A DNA stretch of 64,000 nt from Clostridia bacterium (GTDB taxonomy: Bacteria > Bacillota > Clostridia > Christensenellales > CAG-138): assembly GCA_003246365.1 (NCBI GenBank), contig QKAN01000053.1:15842-79841 (forward strand). The letters are read 5' to 3'. The translations under genes and the position numbers were made by a program. This document shows positions 25,901 through 34,025 of the stretch, piece by piece. Position 1 is the stretch's first letter. Each line of letters starts with the position of its first letter. The notes beneath the pieces were generated by a model. It searched no databases. It was given only the letters and a program-made list of their open reading frames with translations, and was not told the DNA's origin.

Positions 25901-26350
25901 ATGAGCGAATCATACGAGTCCCAAGAAGAACAGAAACAATATGGATTTTACGATTGGGTTAAGCAGTACAAGAAACCTATTATTTTCGGATGCTGCATAG
26001 TCGTCGCAACAGTCGCCGGCGTGCTAATCTATAAAAAAATGTCCCTTCATAATAGCGGCATCGAACGGTTTGTGCCACACCACAAACTGGAGAGAGAGGC
26101 TTTGTCACAACCATTGAATATCGAATGCTCAAAGCTGTCATCGGCTGATCCTATTACCAAAACTTCTATTGTTGAAGTGACAACCTGCCTTAATGGTGGT
26201 GAACCCTTCGAGATAAGCAAACATATCCGAAATCTTCCCAGCAACCATCAACCTTCAACAGACAAGATTTTACAGGCTCATGTAAACGGTATTGAGCTGA
26301 GCGAACATCAAACTTGGGTTGATAACTACACCAAGAATCAAGTTGCGTAA
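25901..26350 (+). CDS. small single-pass membrane protein, unknown function
   Basis: Start at ATG 25901 (GGAGGAG upstream), not 25748. 150 aa with TM 'IIFGCCIVVATVAGVLIY'. Confidence 0.6.
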   Translation: MSESYESQEEQKQYGFYDWVKQYKKPIIFGCCIVVATVAGVLIYKKMSLHNSGIERFVPHHKLEREALSQPLNIECSKLSSADPITKTSIVEVTTCLNGGEPFEISKHIRNLPSNHQPSTDKILQAHVNGIELSEHQTWVDNYTKNQVA

Positions 26351-26364
26351 GGGAGAAACGAGAA

Positions 26365-26592
26365 ATGAAATATCCAGGTTGTGGCGCGACGTTGAATACC
26401 TATGAGTCCTTTTTTGATTGTCCGGGATGCGGGTATTTTAAAATGAAGACAAGGTACGCAAATTTGGAGGAACAGAACGAGCGGTTTCTTAAGAAGTTTC
26501 TGGGAGAAGACAAAGTGCCAGAGGGGTGCGCGGCTTGCGGAAATCCTGCGTATCCTGATTGTAAAAGTAGCTGTCCGCTCTTCGATGGCTAA
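26365..26592 (+). CDS. small Cys-rich (zinc-ribbon-like) protein
   Basis: 75 aa with GGGAGA 8 nt upstream. 'CGATL..CPGCG' and 'CAACGNPAYPDCKSSC'. Confidence 0.55.
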   Translation: MKYPGCGATLNTYESFFDCPGCGYFKMKTRYANLEEQNERFLKKFLGEDKVPEGCAACGNPAYPDCKSSCPLFDG

Positions 26593-26685
26593 CAATTCAT
26601 ACTTATTTGAAGATAGGGGCAGCGTCGCACATATCAGATCACGGATAACCACTCGGTCGAGCATCCAACGTGGGATTGTTGATTT

Positions 26686-26716
26686 TGCACCCCCCCAACG
26701 CTAGGGGGTGCATTTC
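26686..26716 (+). terminator. hairpin / weak terminator
   Basis: TGCACCCCCC-AACGCTA-GGGGGTGCA followed by TTTC. Confidence 0.4.
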
Positions 26717-26746
26717 TATCAAAATTAGCGTTCTTTGCCAAAGAAA

Positions 26747-26777
26747 ATAGTTTCCTGTAAAGGAGACTATTTTTTTA
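26747..26777 (+). terminator. intrinsic terminator
   Basis: ATAGTTTCCT-GTAA-AGGAGACTAT followed by TTTTTTA. Confidence 0.6.
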
Positions 26778-26940
26778 TTATGATTCTAAGTATACGAATC
26801 CATCCCGTATATCCTCTTAATTAACCTGCTTCTTCGCCTCTTCCTTGTTTTTACCCCACCCCCATGATAGTATTAGCAGGAATCTAAAGATCAATTTCCC
26901 CATTTAAATATATCCACCCGTTCCGCAGGAGGCGCAAAGA

Positions 26941-28557
26941 ATGAATCTCCAGTTTTCCGAACGCAAACAGAAGGTTTTCATAGCCGTCTTTTTTTTGATT
27001 CTCACCATCGTCGGCCTATGGATGGGAACCGACTACGGCATGCCCTGGGACGAATCTTCCGAACAGCGCATCCTTGCGCAGAATTTGCACGAGTATGCCT
27101 ATCAGATACTCGGGTCCGACAGCTCGTTTATTCAAAACGCGCTGGCAAAGGGCGCAACGCTGATTTCGAACAGTGTGGAGCGCGACCACGGCGTCGCCCC
27201 GTATTATCCGCTTGCTCCGATTTTCTTTCTGGACGACACGCATCTAGTCATGCAAATCTGGCACGCATACACCTGGCTGTTGTTCATGCTCGGCGTTATC
27301 GCGCTGTATTTTCTGGCGCGCGAACTCGGCGCAAACCGACGCATCGCATCCACCGCATCGATGTTGCTATATCTCGCGCCCAGATTCTTTGCCGAAGGAC
27401 ACTACAACAACAAGGACGTAGTGCTGCTGGCGCTCGTACTTTGCTGTTTTGCGTTTGCCGCGCGGCTCATGCGTAAGCGCGGATATATCGCGGCAATTTT
27501 ATTCTCGGTTGCCGGCGCGTTTGCGGCCAATGTGAAAATCATCGGCATTTTCGCTTGGGGGCTGGCGGGGCTTGCAATTCTCTGGAAATGGCTCAGCGAG
27601 CGAAAACTCAGCGGCAGAGACATTCGCATCATGCTAACCGCAATCGCCTCATTCTTAGCGTGCTATTTTCTCATCACGCCCGCAATGTGGAACAATCCGA
27701 TTGCGTTTTTCCAGTATCTAATTAGCAACATGAGTCATTTCTCCCGCTGGGACGGCGCAATCCTGTTTGAAGGCAGGCTCTATCGTCCGGCACTTGGCGA
27801 ATCTCTCCCTTGGTATTATCTACCGAAGATGATGCTGCTCACGCTGCCGGTTCCGTATCTGATCTTCATCGTCTTGGGTCAGGTTTACGCAGTAAAACAG
27901 ATCATAAAAGACAAGCAAACCCGTCCGCTGCTGGTTGCGCTTAGTTTGTTCTGGATTCTGCCGCTGGGTTATGCGATGTTTTCTAATCCACTGGTTTATA
28001 ACGGCTGGCGGCATTTTTACTTTGTCTACGCCGGACTTTCGGCATTGGGCGCTTTGGGGCTTATCTGGCTCTGGCGACTCGTGCGCGACAAGCAACTAAT
28101 AAGAATCGTGTCTGTTGCGGCGGTCACAGCGGTATTTCTCACGCAGGCAGTCGTCATTCTGTCGGGACATCCTTATCAATATGTGTATTACAACGTGCTC
28201 GCCGGGCAGGTGGAAGGCAACTATGAGCTCGACTATTGGGTGCTGAGCACATATGACGCGCTGGACGAACTGGTCAACAGCACAGCGCGCAACCAAGATC
28301 TGCCGCTGATGATTGCGAAACCGGAAACGCCGCCGTTTTTATACCCCGTTACGGACAATCTAGATGCGCTGCCGCAGGACGAAAGAAACGCGCTGGAATA
28401 TACCGAGGAGGTTGACGGCGCACCGTATCTAATCTATAACTCGACCTATGCAACAATCGCGGGTCTGGACGAGCCGGAAGGGTATCATAAACTGATCTCC
28501 ATTCAAGGATACGGCCACGAGCTGGTGTCCATTTATGAAATCGACACAGCAAGCTGA
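26941..28557 (+). CDS. polytopic membrane glycosyltransferase (GT39/ArnT-PMT-like)
   Basis: 538 aa, more than 10 TM helices, an early 'WDES' loop and a soluble C-terminal domain. AGGAGG upstream. Family call is tentative. Confidence 0.6.
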   Translation: MNLQFSERKQKVFIAVFFLILTIVGLWMGTDYGMPWDESSEQRILAQNLHEYAYQILGSDSSFIQNALAKGATLISNSVERDHGVAPYYPLAPIFFLDDTHLVMQIWHAYTWLLFMLGVIALYFLARELGANRRIASTASMLLYLAPRFFAEGHYNNKDVVLLALVLCCFAFAARLMRKRGYIAAILFSVAGAFAANVKIIGIFAWGLAGLAILWKWLSERKLSGRDIRIMLTAIASFLACYFLITPAMWNNPIAFFQYLISNMSHFSRWDGAILFEGRLYRPALGESLPWYYLPKMMLLTLPVPYLIFIVLGQVYAVKQIIKDKQTRPLLVALSLFWILPLGYAMFSNPLVYNGWRHFYFVYAGLSALGALGLIWLWRLVRDKQLIRIVSVAAVTAVFLTQAVVILSGHPYQYVYYNVLAGQVEGNYELDYWVLSTYDALDELVNSTARNQDLPLMIAKPETPPFLYPVTDNLDALPQDERNALEYTEEVDGAPYLIYNSTYATIAGLDEPEGYHKLISIQGYGHELVSIYEIDTAS

Positions 28558-28583
28558 GGCTAAAACATAAATCACATTCAAAG

Positions 28584-28628
28584 AAAAACCCCTGTCGCAG
28601 ATTCATGCTGCAACAGGGGTTTTGTTTG
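28584..28628. terminator. bidirectional intrinsic terminator
   Basis: AAAAACCCCTGT..ACAGGGGTTTTGTTT between convergent genes. Confidence 0.7.
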
Positions 28629-28668
28629 TATTATGGTTTCAATGATTTTTTCTTCAGCGAATCATCTG

Positions 28669-31584
28669 TTAATATTCGTCACGGTTCTTGGTGTAGAGCC
28701 AGATGCCGCCGACGATCAGCGCAATCGCAATCAGGATGATCGCCGCAATGAACCAGCCGTCCGATGCAATTCCGTTCAGGAACCCTTCGCCAGACGCCGC
28801 GTCGGAAGGCGACGGGGTGGCGGAAAGATCAGCCGAGGGCGAAGGCGTCGGCGAAGTGCTGACGTCATTGATGTCCTGATTCAGAAATACATAATCCGAG
28901 CAGTGCGACTGTGTTACGGTAGCCCAGCCGCTGGAATCCACCGTAGTCGTCTGCATGAATGTGAGCGTATTGTCGTCATTCAACAGATAATAATACAGCG
29001 TTTTGCCCGCCTGCGCGGCACCGAGCCAGAAACGAATCGTTGCTTCGCCCGGCAGATCGCCGCTGTAGTTGAAATGGATCGTCGCTACATACGCGTCACC
29101 GGCAATTTCCTTGGCGGTCTGCTCAGCAATGGAACTGTTGATCGTCGTACCAAAGTCGTACCAAAGCTGCGTATAGGTGTCCGTCATCGTTCCCTTCGCA
29201 AAGGTGAACTCGACGTTATCCTGTTTAATCGTAACATCCTGCGTCTTGTTGCCCGCGGCAAGGCTCTTCATTGTGGAGTAAAGAATGCGGGTGTTGTCTT
29301 CCGTCAGCGTATAGGTATACAGCGTTGTGCCGCTGGAATCATCCGTCGTCGTGCTTGTGCTGCTTGCGGTGGGCGTCGGCGTTGCGGTGTCTTCGTCATC
29401 GTCGTCGCTGGTAGACGCGGTTACCGTATAAGTTGAATACGCGGCGCTCTTATCCGAAGCTTCGGTCGTCGCGGTCGCCTTATATCGCTGATAGAACGTA
29501 TAGCTCGTGCCGGACGAAAGCCCGCTGAACGTTGTACTGTCCTGCCAGGTTGTCCCGCCGCGCGAATATTCGCAGCCGTCCACAGTGTTGAGCACAATCT
29601 TGGTGGTCGTGCGGCTATATCGCGTCGGCGCGGATGGCGCGTCTCCAACATAATACGCCTTGGCAACCGTGCCGAACGAGCGCGTTACGCTGCCGCCCTG
29701 CACAGAGCTGGTGACCTCAACGGAAAGCGTGTTGGAGATATCCGCCGCCTGAACAACATAGCTCGTTCCCGTGCCGACGGTAACAGTTCCGCGTTTCCAG
29801 GTATAGGTCAACGTCCCCGTATTATTCGTGTCGGAAAGAGATACGGTAATCGTTATCCCGTATCGCGCCTCACCGCTGGACATCACGGTTCCCGTCAGCG
29901 CAGGCAACGTGGAGAAGTTTGCGCTTGCACTCGCTGCGGAAGCATATGTGGTGGTGGTTTCCGCAACGCGTTGATAGAAGGTATACGTTGCGCCGGCAAC
30001 TAGGTTATGGAACGTCGTCGTATCCTGCCAGTAGGTTCCGCCGAGGGAATATTGGTATCCGCTGACTTCAGTGAGCGTAATGCTCGTTGCGGTTGCGCTC
30101 GCCTGTGTCGGTGCGGCGGGTACGGTTGCGTTAACCGCCTTGAGTACGGCAGTCGTCGTGCCGGAGATTGTGCCGCTTTGTTCGGTGGTCGAAACGGTGA
30201 GCGTCAACGTTGAACCGACGTCATCGCCGGTTGGCGTATAGGTTGCCGTCGTGCCGACGGTTGTATCGCCGCGTTTCCAGAGGTAGGCGATCGTTCCGGA
30301 CGCATTGGACTCGGAAAGAGAACCCGTCAGCGCAACGCCGGACTGCGCCGTGCCGCTGAAGCTTACGCTTCCGGAAAGAATTGCCATCGTGGAAATCTTT
30401 GTCTCGTCGCTTGTTTCCGAAGCAAGCGTTGTGGTGGTGGCCTTTACACGCTGATAAAAGCCGTATTGCGTTCCTGTTGTCAACCCGGTGAAAATGGGGC
30501 TGTCCTGCCAATCTCCGCCGGAAATCATATATTCATAACCGCTCACCGTCGTCAGCGTTACGCTGGTATCGGTGGTGCTCAATGCAACGGGGGCAACAAC
30601 TGTTCCGGAATAGGGCGCTTTTGCAATCGCTGTTGTGGAGTCGGTCAAAACGCCGCTGGTCAGCGTAGCATCGGTTACATCCAGCCGGATGATCTTGCCG
30701 ATGTCCGCTTCTACCAATGTGTACGTCGTTCCATATGCACCGCTTGTCAGCGTGGTGTCCGTGTCACCCTGCCGCACCCATGTAAACGTGATGCCGCTCG
30801 TATCCGGTTGATTCGAGCCGGTCAGCGTTCCGCTGAGCGTGCCGCCGAAATACTCATTGCCGGATATCGTCACCGTGCCGGTAAGCGTGCCGTCCGTGCG
30901 GGAATAATACGCTTCCAAATCTCCGGTTAACGAATAGCTCGAAAGATCGACGCCCATCTGAGTTACGCCGTTTACTTTAACGGATTTAACGAGCACATAA
31001 CTGCCGTCGTCCATGTTGGTAAATGCAATCGTACTGCCGCTGGCAACTGCCTGTCCGCTGACGATTGCTGAACTGTTCGCCTGAAAACTCTGCGTATCGT
31101 TGGTTTTCGTGAAAATGACGGCAAGACCGCCCGAAACCGTTGTAAACGAAGCGTCCAGCTGCGCGCTCGGAGTCGAATCCGTGCTGATAAACGCGCCCGC
31201 GTTGGCGGTTACATCATAGGTAACGCCGGCAGAGAGTGAAAGCGCTGTTGACGTGTCGTCGACAAAATCGCCCAGATCATATCGCACATACCAGGGGCCG
31301 ACCGACTGGTTGCCCAATAGCGTTCCCGAAGAAGCGACGGCTGTATAAGTCGCGCCGCCGGATGGCGTTACCGTAATATTGATATCGCTTGCAAGCGTTA
31401 CGCGCTGGTCAAGTCGAAAAATAATCTTTTGATTTGCGGAAGCGGCTGCATCCGTGGTTGGCGAATATAATGAGACGCTTGGCACGGAACCAGCCGCAGT
31501 CGATATTGCGGTAGGCATAAAAAACGCCAGCGCAAGCGTCAGCAATACTGCCATTGCTTTCCAGTGTTTGATCATACGGGTCAT
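28669..31584 (-). CDS. large repeat-containing cell-surface protein with C-terminal TM anchor
   Basis: Start at ATG 31584 (AAGGAGA upstream), 971 aa. Signal peptide MTRMIKHWKAMAVLLTLALAFFMPTAISTAA; three 160-aa units; Asp/Thr/Ser spacers; terminal TM WFIAAIILIAIALIVGGIWLY. Confidence 0.8.
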   Translation of the reverse strand: MTRMIKHWKAMAVLLTLALAFFMPTAISTAAGSVPSVSLYSPTTDAAASANQKIIFRLDQRVTLASDINITVTPSGGATYTAVASSGTLLGNQSVGPWYVRYDLGDFVDDTSTALSLSAGVTYDVTANAGAFISTDSTPSAQLDASFTTVSGGLAVIFTKTNDTQSFQANSSAIVSGQAVASGSTIAFTNMDDGSYVLVKSVKVNGVTQMGVDLSSYSLTGDLEAYYSRTDGTLTGTVTISGNEYFGGTLSGTLTGSNQPDTSGITFTWVRQGDTDTTLTSGAYGTTYTLVEADIGKIIRLDVTDATLTSGVLTDSTTAIAKAPYSGTVVAPVALSTTDTSVTLTTVSGYEYMISGGDWQDSPIFTGLTTGTQYGFYQRVKATTTTLASETSDETKISTMAILSGSVSFSGTAQSGVALTGSLSESNASGTIAYLWKRGDTTVGTTATYTPTGDDVGSTLTLTVSTTEQSGTISGTTTAVLKAVNATVPAAPTQASATATSITLTEVSGYQYSLGGTYWQDTTTFHNLVAGATYTFYQRVAETTTTYASAASASANFSTLPALTGTVMSSGEARYGITITVSLSDTNNTGTLTYTWKRGTVTVGTGTSYVVQAADISNTLSVEVTSSVQGGSVTRSFGTVAKAYYVGDAPSAPTRYSRTTTKIVLNTVDGCEYSRGGTTWQDSTTFSGLSSGTSYTFYQRYKATATTEASDKSAAYSTYTVTASTSDDDDEDTATPTPTASSTSTTTDDSSGTTLYTYTLTEDNTRILYSTMKSLAAGNKTQDVTIKQDNVEFTFAKGTMTDTYTQLWYDFGTTINSSIAEQTAKEIAGDAYVATIHFNYSGDLPGEATIRFWLGAAQAGKTLYYYLLNDDNTLTFMQTTTVDSSGWATVTQSHCSDYVFLNQDINDVSTSPTPSPSADLSATPSPSDAASGEGFLNGIASDGWFIAAIILIAIALIVGGIWLYTKNRDEY
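29440..30879 (-). repeat. 3 tandem coding repeats of about 480 nt (Ig-like + FN3-like module pairs)
   Basis: The FN3-like core recurs at a 160-161 aa period: 'VSGYEYMISGGDWQDSPIFTGLTTGTQYGFYQRV', 'VSGYQYSLGGTYWQDTTTFHNLVAGATYTFYQRV', 'VDGCEYSRGGTTWQDSTTFSGLSSGTSYTFYQRY'. Each is preceded by a 'T(F/Y)TW(V/K)RG..' Ig-like module. Confidence 0.75.
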
Positions 31585-31890
31585 AAGCTCTCCTTTCCGT
31601 ATACGCGAAGGGCATATTGCCACGCGCTGCGGGTTACGTTGTATGCTTGTTTCGCGGGAGGCCGTTTTTTTAATCAAAATCGGGAGTTTCATGGATAAAA
31701 CTATATTCAGCAAACTCAGTATGCCACATCCGATTTTGGATTGCAAACGGACAAACCCGCTTCTAACCATAACACTCGGCAAATCCGCAAATCGTTGCAG
31801 ATCGTTTTCATTTTCTTCCAATTTTCTAAAATCTCAGTTCTGAATTTTGAAATCACGCCCGAATGTGGTTGTCTAATTTTATACTGTTCT

Positions 31891-31918
31891 AAAAAATCCG
31901 CCGGCATATCCGGCGGAT
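31891..31918 (-). terminator. intrinsic terminator
   Basis: Minus strand: ATCCGCCGG-ATATG-CCGGCGGAT followed by TTTTTT. Confidence 0.75.
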
Positions 31919-31941
31919 CAAATCCGTTTGTGTTTTTCGCG

Positions 31942-32154
31942 TTACAGCATATCCTTCAGTTCCAAAAACCGCTGATACAGCGCGTCGTATTCGCAGCCGC
32001 AGTCGCCGCACTCCTCGTTTGCCTGTTCAATTGCCGCAACAAGCGTGTCCCGGCAGTCTTCTCCCGCCAGATATGCCTGCGACGGAAGGGAGATGAGTTC
32101 CCACTCGGATTCCGCAAACCGCCTTAGGATCGCGGTCAGTTCATGTTCTTCCAT
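31942..32154 (-). CDS. small acidic Cys-containing protein, unknown
   Basis: 70-aa ORF, last gene of the nadD-rsfS operon ('EECGDCGCEYD'). Confidence 0.45.
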   Translation of the reverse strand: MEEHELTAILRRFAESEWELISLPSQAYLAGEDCRDTLVAAIEQANEECGDCGCEYDALYQRFLELKDML

Positions 32155-32219
32155 GTTCCGTTCGCCCTCCTTCGATCATGTCGGTTTCGTGTTGGAATTG
32201 CCGGAGTTTAAATCGCTTC

Positions 32220-32618
32220 TCAGCCTTTTCGGGCGGCTGCTTTTTCGCGCTCTTCTTCGTCTTTCTGCTCCGAATAGCGAATTGCACTGTCCGATTCATC
32301 CCAAAGGCGTTCCATATTGTAATATTTGCGCTCTTCTGGATAGAAGATATGCACGAGGATATCCGCAAAGTCCAATACGATCCATTTTCCGTCGCCGTAT
32401 CCTTCGCTCCTGCGCAGCGTCAGCCCAAGCGCCGTCGCTTTGTCGTCCACCTCGTCCGCAAGCGCTTTTACCTGCTGCACCGCGCGCCCGCTGCAAATGA
32501 TAAACCAGTCCGCTACAATGGTTTTGTCCGCAACGTGGATTGCGACGATATCGCTTGCCTTTTTGTTATACAGTATTTCGCAAATGCCGAGTGCCTTTTG
32601 CTTAATTGTCTCGTTCAA
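32220..32618 (-). CDS. rsfS: ribosome silencing factor RsfS
   Basis: 132 aa. 'KASDIVAIHV..ADWFIICSGRAVQQVKALADEV..WIVLDFADILVHIF..ERKYYNMERLW'. Confidence 0.9.
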   Translation of the reverse strand: MNETIKQKALGICEILYNKKASDIVAIHVADKTIVADWFIICSGRAVQQVKALADEVDDKATALGLTLRRSEGYGDGKWIVLDFADILVHIFYPEERKYYNMERLWDESDSAIRYSEQKDEEEREKAAARKG

Positions 32619-32654
32619 TTCTTTTCCTCCGTTTTTTGATCTGTTTTTATATTT

Positions 32655-33806
32655 TTACGCGCGTCTTGCGCGGATTTTCTCGTCATACCATGCAATCGCC
32701 CTTGTCGAAGCGGGGTGTTGATTCCAGCTTTTTTTCTCGATCATCCGCGATACGCGCGAAAGCGAATAGTGCATAAACGTGTCGATATCGTCCGAAACGC
32801 GAGAGCGGTAATCCTCCACGCAGGGAAACGAGCGCATGGGCTCGATCAGATCCGCCGCGTAGATGAGCGCGTCAAACGTCGTCATGCCCCGGTCTCCCGT
32901 GGTGTGCAGGCGAATCGCGCGAAGAATCTCTTCATCCGTCACGCCATACTGCATTTTTGCGACGACCGCGCCGGCAAACGCATGATGCACAGGCGCAATG
33001 CCGGATTCGTCTCCGGAGAGCAGCTCCTGTATCTTCGGATCGAGGCATTTTGCGCAGTCGTGCAGCAGAGCCGCGATACGCGCTTTTTCCGCATCCTGCC
33101 CCCAGAGCACGGCCAGCTTTGCCGCCGCGCGCATGGTGCCGCAAACATGGCGATATCGCTTTGGGGAAAGTTCCGCGCGGGATTTTTCCTGCATTGCGCG
33201 CAGCTCCGCCGGAAAATAGATGCCACTTTCGTAAACAGCCTGTTCAACGGCTTCCGGCATCAGCCCGTCAACGGGTTGACCCGCAAGCAGTTTCTTTCGA
33301 ATCTCCGTGGAAGAGATCATGTCCGCTTTTGCGGAAAGAATGCGAATCTTCGCGCCGAACCGTTCGGATATCTGCCGCGCGGTCTCCTCATCGTTTTCGT
33401 TTCTGCCGATGCGGGGCACGCAGAGCACGTCGGCAAGTTGCAACACTTCATCCGGCCGATACCAGTTTGGCAAGTCCGCCAGGGTATCACTGCCGAGAAT
33501 GATGGAAATCTGCGCACCGGGATATTTTTTGCGCAGTTCCTGCAGCGTCAGCACCGTATAGCTCTTTCCGCCGCGCTGAATTTCCTGATCGTCCGGAACG
33601 ATGCGGTCTTCTCCGGCGGCGGCAATTTGAACAAAGCGAAACCGGTCGGCAGCCGAAACGTCCTCATCCACCGGTTTGTGCGGCGGATCGCCCGCAACCA
33701 TGAGCAGTACGCGGTTTAGCGCGGCTTCGTCCCGCGCGATGCGCGCCATTTGCATATGCGCGTTGTGAACGGGATTAAATGTTCCGCCAAGTAATCCAAT
33801 GTGCAT
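32655..33806 (-). CDS. nadD: fused nicotinate-nucleotide adenylyltransferase (NadD) / HD-domain YqeK phosphohydrolase
   Basis: 383 aa. The N-terminal half has 'GLLGGTFNPVHNAHM' and 'ISSTEIR'. The C-terminal half is an HD domain ('RYRHVCGTM..LLHDCAK..HTTGD'). Confidence 0.85.
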   Translation of the reverse strand: MHIGLLGGTFNPVHNAHMQMARIARDEAALNRVLLMVAGDPPHKPVDEDVSAADRFRFVQIAAAGEDRIVPDDQEIQRGGKSYTVLTLQELRKKYPGAQISIILGSDTLADLPNWYRPDEVLQLADVLCVPRIGRNENDEETARQISERFGAKIRILSAKADMISSTEIRKKLLAGQPVDGLMPEAVEQAVYESGIYFPAELRAMQEKSRAELSPKRYRHVCGTMRAAAKLAVLWGQDAEKARIAALLHDCAKCLDPKIQELLSGDESGIAPVHHAFAGAVVAKMQYGVTDEEILRAIRLHTTGDRGMTTFDALIYAADLIEPMRSFPCVEDYRSRVSDDIDTFMHYSLSRVSRMIEKKSWNQHPASTRAIAWYDEKIRARRA

Positions 33807-34025
33807 GATAGGGATTTTCTTCCCCCTCTCGTTTCTGTCTTAAGAATACCATGTTTTTCAACTTGATTAAAGTGCGGGTTTTGCGGAAGACGGGGCGCCG
33901 TGTAATTGACAAACGCCGGACGGAATGCGAAAATAAACCCGTATAAATATTAAGTAAAAACCCGTTTGCATGCGGTTATTATCGAACAGCAACCGGGCAA
34001 AACAGAATTGGAAAGCGGGGATTGT

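Larger units (their letters stand above)
24776..26940. other. AT-rich accessory islet abutting the tRNA-Met 3' end
   Basis: Composition drops visibly right after the tRNA terminator and recovers at the GT39 gene. Contains 25095..25721(-), 25901..26350(+) and 26365..26592(+). No integrase. Confidence 0.55.

Noticed and set aside
26624-26640. Possible attR-like repeat of the tRNA-Met 3' end at the far side of the islet.
   Set aside because: Only the 8-mer ATCAGATC is shared with the tRNA T-arm/acceptor region. That is too short to distinguish from chance, and no longer direct repeat was found by eye.
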